Positions 20,024-28,638 of a stretch of 64,000 bases of DNA are shown piece by piece (position 1 is the first letter of the stretch; each line of letters starts with the position of its first letter). This stretch comes from an uncultured Bacteroidales bacterium (lineage in GTDB: Bacteria; Bacteroidota; Bacteroidia; Bacteroidales; VadinHA17). Where the stretch lies: contig CAVXEU010000005.1 in the NCBI GenBank assembly GCA_963760915.1, positions 256,966-320,965 of the forward strand, in the 5' to 3' direction. The notes under the pieces are model-generated. The model was not told where the DNA came from. It made no database searches and was given only the letters and a program-made list of their open reading frames with translations. Position numbers and translations under genes: made by a program.

Positions 20024-20192
20024 AGTAGAAATTTATTAAAGTTATGCCACTATTATTAATGAATTTGTTTATCTAAAATCAACCTTGAGTCCCTGCAGTA
20101 TTGTCTTTACAGCAAGCAGGTTGTGGGTCAGTTGTTCATTATTCAATCATATCTGAATACTTCAATACTCATGCTGTCCCGTCATTTCGGTG

Positions 20193-20420
20193 CTATTCAT
20201 ACCTCAGAGCCTCAACAGGGTTCCTCGTCGCTGCCATCAGGCTCTGCCAGGAACCACCCCTAAATCCCCCAGGGGGGACTTTGGATTCTGCTCTTAACCT
20301 CATCTTCAATTTTTCCCAGAGTAGTTTTTCACAAGTTGTCATGTTATTTCTAAGGATTTTGGCTGCCGAAAAAGTCTCGGGCAAGGCCCCGTAATACATT
20401 GATTTTTCTAATTCTTTCAT
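20193..20420 (-). CDS. 75-aa chimeric small ORF, copy 4 (identical protein)
   Basis: The translation is identical to copies 1-3 despite about 12 nucleotide differences from copy 1, all synonymous. Confidence 0.4.
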   Translation of the reverse strand: MKELEKSMYYGALPETFSAAKILRNNMTTCEKLLWEKLKMRLRAESKVPPGGFRGGSWQSLMAATRNPVEALRYE

Positions 20421-20475
20421 ATCCTTAAATTAGTACTAACCTGGATCAGCCCCCCTTGGGGGGTTTGGGGGTTGA
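20193..20475 (-). repeat. Solo fourth copy of the 283-bp unit, directly abutting the stop codon of permease P7
   Basis: Exactly 283 bp lie between the ORF stop at 20193 and the P7 stop at 20476. The body is near-identical to copies 1-3, but the terminal 43 nt match the adjacent P7 3' end instead. Confidence 0.95.
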
Positions 20476-22794
20476 TTACTCATACCTCAGAGCCTCAACA
20501 GGGTTCCTCGTCGCTGCCCACCAGCTTTGCATACTCACTGTAATTATGACAAATGAAACTGTGGCGATCCCGGCAAGTGCGAATATCCACCACCTGAGTT
20601 CAGTTCTGTAGGCAAAAGTCTGCAGCCATTTGTGCATAGCGTACCATGCAACAGGGGCGGCAATTAAAAATGAGACTGCAATTCTCTTAATGAAATCTTT
20701 ATTTAATATTGTTAACACTTCCGAGATACTGGCGCCGTTTATTTTCCTAATTCCAATCTCTTTTGACCTTGCAATACAATGCTGGAAAGTAAGACCGGTT
20801 ATTCCCATAAGGGTTAGTATAAGAGCCAGTATTGAAAAAATTGCTACTGCCAGACCCTGACGTTCTTCTTTCTGATACAGAGAGTTAAAAAACTGATCAT
20901 AAAAAGTGTAGTCAAACATATAGTCAGGTAGAATGGCATCCCAGGCGTCTTTAAGCTGTGCAAGCTGCTGTTCGGTATTTCCGGGTTCAATCCTCAGATT
21001 CAGGGCATTCATAAACCTGTTTTTAAATATTAAAGCAGCTGGCTCTCTTTCGGAATGAACAGAAGAAACCGAGAAGTCATTAACCACACCTATTACCTGC
21101 AATCCTCCATGTTCCTTAAATGTTTTGCCTTCAATGTCTGTCCAACCATATTTTTTCACAGCGGCCTGGTTAAGAATGCAGACTTTGTCTTCCTCGCCCT
21201 CGTGAAAGTTGCGTCCGGCAATAAGCTTTAATCCGAAAGTATTAACAAAATCCTCATCGACCTCCAGACAATTCAGCCAGAACTGGTTATTACTCTCCCC
21301 ACTTCCTGACCTCGAATTTATAAGTCCCGGTACCCCCATGCTGAGAGAGGCTGATTTAATGAATGGAAACCTGCCAAGTTCCTGTTTTACAAGATCTCCC
21401 TTTTCAAAGTTGCCCGGAAGAATTACCCTTACCAGGTGTTCTTTATCAAATCCCAGATCCGTCTGTTTTGCAAAAGTGATCTGCTTATATATTGTCAGGA
21501 CACATACCATTAATATAATAGATACAGTTGCCTGGAAAATTGACAGAACACTGTTTATTCCCTTTCCCTTTGTTTTAACTATATCAGCATGGAGAAATTT
21601 ACGAATATCAAATTTTGCATCCATGTACATGGGGGCAGCGGAAGTAATGAGGATAACCATTAAGATAATTGACGCAACAGCGAGGTTTGCAGGATATGAA
21701 TAGAGATTATGTAATTTCAAATCCCGTTCAAATAATTCCGAAGCAAATGGTAATACCTGTAATACAATGAATAATGCGATAATAAATCCCAGCAGAGTGC
21801 TCACGGTATTTTCAGTAATATGAAAAAGGGAGAGCTGACGGATTCCTGCCCCATGTGTTTTTTTAATTCCTGTTTCACGTAATCTTGAAAACTGGAGTGA
21901 GATTGTGAAGTTCACATGATTGAATATAGAAAGAAGAAGGATCAAAAGAGCAATAGCCGTAAACAGGTATATCATTGATGTGTTTGCCTGACGGTTCATA
22001 TTGTTGACAATACCTTTCTCGAAATAAATTTTTTTCAGGGATTGAATGATCAGTGGCCCTTCCGACCTGGTGGAGAAGTCTTTTATTTCACTGATCTTAT
22101 TGTTAAATTGCGCCGGGTCGTTGCCTTCTCTTAATTTTACATAGATGTTTGCAGGATACCAGATAATGCCATTATCGCCTGCCTGCATTATACGGGTTTT
22201 CTCACCTTCAATGTTGACGAAAAGGTCGGAATAGAAACTTGTATTATCGGGAAAATCCTCAATGACACCTGTTATCCTCGCACTTATGAATCCCCCGATA
22301 TCAATATTTCTGCCCAACGGACTTTCATCTCCGAACATATTTATGGCCAGTTTCTTTGATATAACTGCAGAGCCTGCCTCCGAAAAGGGTTCAGATGTAA
22401 ATCCTTCAATAAGCCTGAGATTGAATGTCCTGAAGAACTGGTTATCAGTTGAAATTGCATCTTTCAATTTTACATATTTATCTTCACAGGCAATATTAAA
22501 ATCCCATCCTGTAAGGTATTGTACAGGTGTTACGGATTCAATCTCCGGAAAGTCATTCCTGAGTTGTTGGGCGACTTTATAATTTATATTGCAGTCATTA
22601 TTATCCGATGCAATTAACCTGTAGATCCTCTTATAACCGTCAAAGTTATGATCAATTGTAGTTTCATTGAAAATAAACAGGGATATAATCAACACTACAG
22701 CAAATCCTATAGCAAATCCGCATATATTCAGTAACGAATAGACCCGGTTGTTTTTCAAGCCTCTTATGATTAGTTTTAAATTATAAAACAACAT
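20476..22794 (-). CDS. Double-FtsX ABC-type permease (array paralog P7)
   Basis: 772 aa with the same architecture (RSKEIGIRKINGAS). Tail SMQSWWAATRNPVEALRYE. Confidence 0.9.
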   Translation of the reverse strand: MLFYNLKLIIRGLKNNRVYSLLNICGFAIGFAVVLIISLFIFNETTIDHNFDGYKRIYRLIASDNNDCNINYKVAQQLRNDFPEIESVTPVQYLTGWDFNIACEDKYVKLKDAISTDNQFFRTFNLRLIEGFTSEPFSEAGSAVISKKLAINMFGDESPLGRNIDIGGFISARITGVIEDFPDNTSFYSDLFVNIEGEKTRIMQAGDNGIIWYPANIYVKLREGNDPAQFNNKISEIKDFSTRSEGPLIIQSLKKIYFEKGIVNNMNRQANTSMIYLFTAIALLILLLSIFNHVNFTISLQFSRLRETGIKKTHGAGIRQLSLFHITENTVSTLLGFIIALFIVLQVLPFASELFERDLKLHNLYSYPANLAVASIILMVILITSAAPMYMDAKFDIRKFLHADIVKTKGKGINSVLSIFQATVSIILMVCVLTIYKQITFAKQTDLGFDKEHLVRVILPGNFEKGDLVKQELGRFPFIKSASLSMGVPGLINSRSGSGESNNQFWLNCLEVDEDFVNTFGLKLIAGRNFHEGEEDKVCILNQAAVKKYGWTDIEGKTFKEHGGLQVIGVVNDFSVSSVHSEREPAALIFKNRFMNALNLRIEPGNTEQQLAQLKDAWDAILPDYMFDYTFYDQFFNSLYQKEERQGLAVAIFSILALILTLMGITGLTFQHCIARSKEIGIRKINGASISEVLTILNKDFIKRIAVSFLIAAPVAWYAMHKWLQTFAYRTELRWWIFALAGIATVSFVIITVSMQSWWAATRNPVEALRYE

Positions 22795-22940
22795 TTTTTT
22801 CGGTTTTTTAATTTGGGTTTATCCTTTTCTTCTTTAACAGTCCATATTATTATTAGTCCTTGCCAGATTGAAGTCAAAAACTTATATTTTTAATAAACTC
22901 TCATTTATTTATCATCTAATTTATTATCACACTATTAAGT

Positions 22941-22981
22941 CCCCCATTTGGGGTCCCGACAGCTATCGGGATAGGGGTTGA
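22941..22981 (-). repeat. Post-stop palindromic module related to the spacer of the 283-bp unit
   Basis: cccccatttgggg (22941-22953) plus a hairpin tcccga-cagcta-tcggga (22954-22971), then ggggttga next to the P8 stop. It shares ttaag.cccc..tgggg..ggggttgattaYtca with the unit spacers. Confidence 0.6.
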
Positions 22982-25354
22982 TTATTCATATCTCAGAGCC
23001 TCTACCGGATTCCTTAATGCTGATCTCCAGCTCAGCCAGCTTACAGTCAATAATGCAATTCCGAGAGCCAATACTCCTGAAAGGACAAATATCCACCAGC
23101 TTAAATCGGTTCGGTATGCAAAGTTTTCAAGCCACTTATGTATTGCATACCAGGCAAAAGGTAAAGCAATTAAAAAGGAGATGACGACCCATTTGATAAA
23201 GTCTTTATTAAGCATCACCATCAACTCAACTAATGTTGCTCCGTTCACCTTCCTGATCCCGATTTCTTTTATCCTGTTTTCACTTGAAATAACTGCCTGT
23301 CCAAACAATCCAAGGCATGCAATAAATACGGCAAGTGAACAAAAAAGATTGATCATTTTTGCAATACCATTATCGGCATCATATAATTTTTCGTAGTCCT
23401 GATCAAGAAAATGAGATTCAAATGGAATTCCGGGATTATATTCTATCCAGATTTTCTTAACTTTTGCAATTGTCCCGCTAATATCACCATTTATCTTAAA
23501 GAACAGTGCACTGAAATATGATTCTTTCGACTCATCCTGGTACAGATGAAAAACCTGGGGATTTATATTCTCATGCAGGGATTTAAAGTAGGTGTCTTTT
23601 ATTACCCCGACTATCCTGCCGCTCTTTCCATATAGCATAAATTCAGTTCCGATCGGATCGGACAGTCCCATTAATTTCATTGCTTTCTCATTTATGATAT
23701 AATCCTGTTTATCGCTGGCAAAATCTTTTGAGAAATTCCGTCCATATGAAAATTCTACACCGATCATATCAAAATAGTGATAGTCAATACGTGTAGTTTC
23801 CATCGCAATTAAATCGGTATTTCCCTGATTCTGCCACTCACCGTTAAGTTTCCACGAAAGACCTACTGTTCCGTTCACTTGTTGATACGGGAGACAATCT
23901 TTCAGACATACATCAGTAATCTCCGGAATTTGCAGCAAGGCATTTTTGACAGCTGCAATTTTTGTATAAATATTCCCTCTCAAAAATGTGTAGGCGATAT
24001 TATCTGTGCTAAAACCTAGTTTTTTTTCTCTTAAATAGTGCATTTGCTTATTGATACCAACTGCAACTATGATCATTATGACAGCAATTATGTTTTGAAA
24101 AATGACGAGACTTTTTAAAAGACCGGTTTTCTTTCTGGAATAACCATTAATAAGTTCTATGGCCTGCGAGTTTTTATAAACCAGTGAGGGATATACTGAG
24201 CAGAAAATCACAGTAAGCATAAATATGAAACCTGTCAGTATTAAAAAAGCCGGGGTGAATAACTCGTCACTTACCAGTTTATTCAGTGAACCAGGAAATG
24301 ACGGGCTTAAAAACCATAATAGCATCAACGTGAGGATGAATGCAAGTAAGACCAATGCCCCACTTTCAACGAAACTATTCCAAAAGATCATCGCCCCCCT
24401 TGCTCCAAATACTCTTTTTATTGAGGTGCTCTTATACCTTTTTATATGAAGCGATAATGTGAGGTTAATGTAATTTATACAGGCCAGGATCAGAATTAAA
24501 AGAGCAATAGTGCTGAAAATATACAGGTATCTGTAATCACCGGTTTTACCTAGTCTGTTATTGACTTTATAATCAAGATAGATGGCTTTTAAAGGCCTGA
24601 GAAGTACAGTAACTCCTCCGAATTTTACGTGAGGCATACCTTTTTCCTTAGCAACATAGTTAATTGCATTAGCGGCATCTTCGGAATTTGTGTTTTTTTT
24701 AAGTAATACGTATGTTCTGAAATTTGGATCTCCCCACTCCATTCCGCATAAATGAAATTCTTCAGCGAACTTTTGGGGAAGAATATAATCAAACTGAATA
24801 TGAGACTGAAGAGGAACATCCTCAATTAGTGCCAACACCTGAAGATTTCCTTCCCCCTCAATTTGTATTTCTTTATTTAAAGGATCAGATGACCCAAAAT
24901 ATCTTTTAGCAAATGACCGGGTAATAACTATGCTGTTTACCTGATCCAGAGCTTCTATGGGATCACCAGCAACGACTTTAAAGCTAAATATATCAAATAG
25001 TTGAGGGTCGGATGTAATCCCTTTCTCTTCAAAATACATATTGTCCTGATATTTAAATGCAAAACCCGGTGCATTTCTCAGGCGGACCGCCGACTGTATT
25101 GCAGCTACGTCGTTAATAATCGCAGGTGCCAGCGGAGCAGGAGTTCCAGCCATACTAAATTCGCCTTTATTGTTTTTGAAGTTTATCTGATAGATACGAT
25201 CAAAATTTACATTGAATTTATCATAGCAGGATTCATTGTAGACCCATGCTGCAATCAGCAGCACACTTGCCAGTCCAATACTTAATCCGAGAAGATTAAG
25301 TCCGGTGAAAAGTTTATATCGAAGGAGATTACGTATTATAATTTTTGCATTCAT
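22982..25354 (-). CDS. Double-FtsX ABC-type permease (array paralog P8, first gene of the array)
   Basis: 790 aa with the same architecture (RIKEIGIRKVNGAT). Tail SWLSWRSALRNPVEALRYE. Confidence 0.9.
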   Translation of the reverse strand: MNAKIIIRNLLRYKLFTGLNLLGLSIGLASVLLIAAWVYNESCYDKFNVNFDRIYQINFKNNKGEFSMAGTPAPLAPAIINDVAAIQSAVRLRNAPGFAFKYQDNMYFEEKGITSDPQLFDIFSFKVVAGDPIEALDQVNSIVITRSFAKRYFGSSDPLNKEIQIEGEGNLQVLALIEDVPLQSHIQFDYILPQKFAEEFHLCGMEWGDPNFRTYVLLKKNTNSEDAANAINYVAKEKGMPHVKFGGVTVLLRPLKAIYLDYKVNNRLGKTGDYRYLYIFSTIALLILILACINYINLTLSLHIKRYKSTSIKRVFGARGAMIFWNSFVESGALVLLAFILTLMLLWFLSPSFPGSLNKLVSDELFTPAFLILTGFIFMLTVIFCSVYPSLVYKNSQAIELINGYSRKKTGLLKSLVIFQNIIAVIMIIVAVGINKQMHYLREKKLGFSTDNIAYTFLRGNIYTKIAAVKNALLQIPEITDVCLKDCLPYQQVNGTVGLSWKLNGEWQNQGNTDLIAMETTRIDYHYFDMIGVEFSYGRNFSKDFASDKQDYIINEKAMKLMGLSDPIGTEFMLYGKSGRIVGVIKDTYFKSLHENINPQVFHLYQDESKESYFSALFFKINGDISGTIAKVKKIWIEYNPGIPFESHFLDQDYEKLYDADNGIAKMINLFCSLAVFIACLGLFGQAVISSENRIKEIGIRKVNGATLVELMVMLNKDFIKWVVISFLIALPFAWYAIHKWLENFAYRTDLSWWIFVLSGVLALGIALLTVSWLSWRSALRNPVEALRYE

Positions 25355-25393
25355 TCTGCCTTTTTTGGACTTACTTTATACTTATCATCATAC

Positions 25394-25735
25394 TCAATTC
25401 CGGGTTATTATCCTTCTGATCATCCTTAATTTAAAGATTCCACATAATTCATCATTGCTGATTTCCGGCACAGCCAGCTTACAGTCAGAATAGCTGAAGA
25501 TCGCACTTAAAAGGTAAAAAGCTGTTAAAAGCGGTACCGGAAAGAACAGGAATGCATCAGTGATAAAACTCAACAGTGTTACCGGCTGTTTTGCTCCTGT
25601 GAACTTTATAGCTCCGGTATTCACCTTGAAAACGTAATGACAGAGTTCTTCTTTATGCATATCGGCAACATTAATCAGTATTCGTTTATTACCATAATTA
25701 TGCCATAATTGTATATTGAAGATATACAGTATCAT
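25394..25735 (-). pseudogene. Possible decayed FtsX-domain fragment (113-aa ORF)
   Basis: IKFTGAKQPVTLLSFITDAFLFF resembles the FtsX loop/TM motif (LKA.GA...IL.QFL.EA.LL). At the DNA level acagccagcttacagtcag (about 25470-25488) resembles the P8 3' region tcagccagcttacagtcaa. It has no N-terminal TM or extracytoplasmic domain. Confidence 0.35.
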
Positions 25736-25918
25736 ACAATTTATTGTCGAGAATGCTGGTAAATAAATTTTACAGTTTCCTGTAAAAATATTTTACGCTA
25801 TATTGATTATGTCTTTAATATCAGTTATTTTTATAACTGACTTATTAACCTAATGAAAGAATCCGGAATGAGACTGAATCAGACCGAAAGAATTAAGAAA
25901 AGACAGATATACATTTAA

Positions 25919-27289
25919 ATGCAGACACACAGAGGCAATATTCTGGTTGTTGATGACAACAGGAGCATTCTCAGTGCACTTGAGATCTTGCTCACTCCGG
26001 AATTCGGAGATGTAAAACTTATTTCTAATCCAAACCTGATTCCTGCCGAATTAAGGAAACAAGATTATAACCTGGTTATTCTTGATATGAATTTCCAGGC
26101 TGGTGTTAATACCGGGAATGAGGGAATTTACTGGCTTGGAAGGATAAAAGAGACTAATCCGGAATTATCGGTTGTTATGATTACTGCCTACGGGGATATC
26201 GATGTGGCAGTTAAAGCCTTAAAGGCAGGAGCCTCAGACTTTGTTCTCAAACCATGGGACAATGCAAAATTACTTGCGACTCTGAAACTCGCCATCCAGC
26301 TTAATATTTCAAAAAATGAGGTAAGGCATCTCAAAGAAAGAGAAACTGAATTAAAAAGAGAGATCAACCGTGAACAGAAGTTTATTATCGGCTCTTCACC
26401 GCAGATTACGAATGTGCTGAATCTTGTCAGAAAGGTAGCAAAAACGGATGCCAACGTACTTATCACAGGTGAAAACGGAACCGGAAAAGAGTTGATAGCA
26501 CAGGAAATCCACCGTTTGTCTGACAGGTCCCATGAAGTTCTGGTAAGTGTTGATGTTGGTTCACTCAGCGAAACCCTGTTTGAAAGCGAGCTGTTCGGAC
26601 ATGTTAAAGGGGCATTTACCGACGCTCATGAAAGCCGTCAGGGTAAATTTGAAACAGCTGAGAGAGGGACTCTTTTCCTTGATGAAATAGGGAACCTGTC
26701 ATTTCCTCTTCAGGCGAAGCTGCTTGCGGCAATTGAGAACCGACAGATTTCACGGATAGGTTCCAATCAGCTCATTCCTATCGATATACGTCTGATAAGC
26801 GCAACCAACAGTAATCTCGAAAGTATGGTTAATTCAGGACTCTTCCGCGAAGACCTTCTTTACCGTATAAACACCATTCAGATTGAATTGCCACCTCTCC
26901 GTGAACGCGGCAATGATATAATAATCCTGGCCGAATTCTTCCTGAAAAAATATATTTTTAAATATAATAAGCCGAATATAAAAATTAATCAGCAGGCTAT
27001 TGAGCGACTGATTAAATATTCCTGGCCCGGAAATATCAGGGAGCTTCAGCACACAATTGAAAAGGCAGTGATATTAAGTGAAACAACTATTTTAAAACCA
27101 GATGATTTATATTTGAGGAACACCAGTGCCATTACAGGCAATGATACTGTTATTACCCTGGAAGAAATGGAAAAACAGATGATTATGAAGGCTCTGGAGA
27201 AAAATAATGGTAACTTCTCTGCAGCGGCAGAGCAGCTCGGAATAACAAGGCAAACGCTTTACAACAGATTTAAAAAATCCTCCATATGA
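25919..27289 (+). CDS. Sigma-54-dependent Fis-family response regulator (NtrC class)
   Basis: REC domain (ILVVDDN.., LVILDMNF), AAA+ domain (GENGTGKE, GAFTDA, ESELFGH, LFLDEIG) and C-terminal Fis-type HTH (AAAEQLGITRQTLYNRFKK). Confidence 0.9.
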   Translation: MQTHRGNILVVDDNRSILSALEILLTPEFGDVKLISNPNLIPAELRKQDYNLVILDMNFQAGVNTGNEGIYWLGRIKETNPELSVVMITAYGDIDVAVKALKAGASDFVLKPWDNAKLLATLKLAIQLNISKNEVRHLKERETELKREINREQKFIIGSSPQITNVLNLVRKVAKTDANVLITGENGTGKELIAQEIHRLSDRSHEVLVSVDVGSLSETLFESELFGHVKGAFTDAHESRQGKFETAERGTLFLDEIGNLSFPLQAKLLAAIENRQISRIGSNQLIPIDIRLISATNSNLESMVNSGLFREDLLYRINTIQIELPPLRERGNDIIILAEFFLKKYIFKYNKPNIKINQQAIERLIKYSWPGNIRELQHTIEKAVILSETTILKPDDLYLRNTSAITGNDTVITLEEMEKQMIMKALEKNNGNFSAAAEQLGITRQTLYNRFKKSSI

Positions 27290-28638
27290 TCAGTAAGAAC
27301 CTGTATTTTAATATTATACTCCGGGTAACCCTTATTGTGATTCTATCGGTTTTTCTCGGATATTTAATTGTAAAGGATCAATCATACCGTTATGCCCTTA
27401 TCTGTTTGCTGGTCATTATATTTCTAACAATCAGTCTTATATCATATTTAAACACAACCAATAAAAAGATCAGATTTTTCTTCGATTCTGTAAGAAACGA
27501 TGATTCAAGTCTTTCTTTCCCTGTTGAGGAGAAAAACAAAAGCGTTAGGGAGATATACAAGAGTCTGAACAGGGTGAACTTACAGATTCAGCAGTTAAAG
27601 ATAGAGAACAGAAACCAGGAGCAATATTTTCAGATACTCCTCGAACACCTTGCCACTGGAATCATCACTTATAACAATAAAGGATTCATATTGCATGCCA
27701 ATTCATCGGCTAAAAGACTTCTTTCATCTGATGTTCTGACACACCTTGATCAGATAGGAAGAATAGATCAGAGACTTTACCAGACCATTAAAAGCATCAG
27801 ACCGTCAGAAAGACGGCTTGTAGCTATTGGCTCAGGACAGGATGAAATTCAGCTTTCATTAAAAGCCACTTCATTTAAGGCAAATAATGCTGAACTGGGT
27901 ATTCTTTCGATTCAGGATATCAAGAATGAGCTGGATGAAAAGGAGCTTGAATCATGGATGAAGCTTATAAGGGTACTGATGCATGAAATCATGAATTCGA
28001 TAACTCCTATTACATCGCTTTCAGAGAGTCTTGCACATATATACAGTAAAGGCGGAGATCCAGTTTTACCGGAACAGGTGACCTCAAAGACAATTGCTAC
28101 AACCCTGCAGGGACTTAACGTAATAAAGGAACAGGGTAAGGGGCTGATGTCATTTGTTGAATCTTACCGAAAGCTGACCAGGGTGCCCGAACCTGTAAAG
28201 AAAATATTCAGGGTGGCTGATCTTATGAACCGTGTTATGATCCTTTACAGTTCCCTTGATAAAAGCGATAGAATAAAACTCTCGTTTTCGTTGAAAGATC
28301 CTGATCTTGAAATTTTTGCAGATCAAAATCTGATTTCACAGGTTCTTATCAATGTTGTAAAGAATGCCCTGGAGGCAAATGAGAATAATCCTGACGGGAA
28401 AATTGAAATCCTGGCTGGTGTAAACCATGATCGTCGGGCCGAGATATGTGTTATTGACAATGGACCGGGCATCCCGGAAGAGAATCTTGATGAAATATTT
28501 GTTCCGTTTTTTACCACCCGCAAAGATGGTTCTGGTATTGGTCTGAGTATATCAAAACAGATTATGAGGATACACGGAGGGAACCTGAAAGTAAAATCAG
28601 TACCTGGCAGAGAGACACAGTTTTGTCTTAGTTTTTAG
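27286..28638 (+). CDS. Sensor histidine kinase (2 TM, HisKA + HATPase_c)
   Basis: ATGA overlap with the regulator gene. H-box LMHEIMNSITPI, N-box VVKNALEAN, G-boxes DNGPGIPEE and GSGIGLSISKQI. Confidence 0.88.
   Translation: MISKNLYFNIILRVTLIVILSVFLGYLIVKDQSYRYALICLLVIIFLTISLISYLNTTNKKIRFFFDSVRNDDSSLSFPVEEKNKSVREIYKSLNRVNLQIQQLKIENRNQEQYFQILLEHLATGIITYNNKGFILHANSSAKRLLSSDVLTHLDQIGRIDQRLYQTIKSIRPSERRLVAIGSGQDEIQLSLKATSFKANNAELGILSIQDIKNELDEKELESWMKLIRVLMHEIMNSITPITSLSESLAHIYSKGGDPVLPEQVTSKTIATTLQGLNVIKEQGKGLMSFVESYRKLTRVPEPVKKIFRVADLMNRVMILYSSLDKSDRIKLSFSLKDPDLEIFADQNLISQVLINVVKNALEANENNPDGKIEILAGVNHDRRAEICVIDNGPGIPEENLDEIFVPFFTTRKDGSGIGLSISKQIMRIHGGNLKVKSVPGRETQFCLSF

Noticed and set aside
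17999-20475. Integron-like cassette array (small ORF plus palindromic site; plus-strand ggttaagcc contains a GTTRRRY-like core)
   Set aside because: There is no properly placed inverse core (the nearest, tcttaac, fails RYYYAAC and lies about 150 nt away across non-palindromic coding sequence). Copy 4 has ggatcagcc instead. No intI gene is in the window.
17999-20518. Diversity-generating retroelement (variable repeat at the gene 3' end plus template repeat)
   Set aside because: There is no reverse transcriptase in the window. The differences between tail copies are all synonymous third-position changes, not adenine-directed codon mutagenesis.
25465-25480. ccGGcacagccaGCtt resembling a sigma-54 -24/-12 element
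   Set aside because: The GG-to-GC spacing is one nucleotide short and the TTGC core is missing. It lies on the plus strand about 440 nt upstream of the regulator gene, inside the probable permease remnant.
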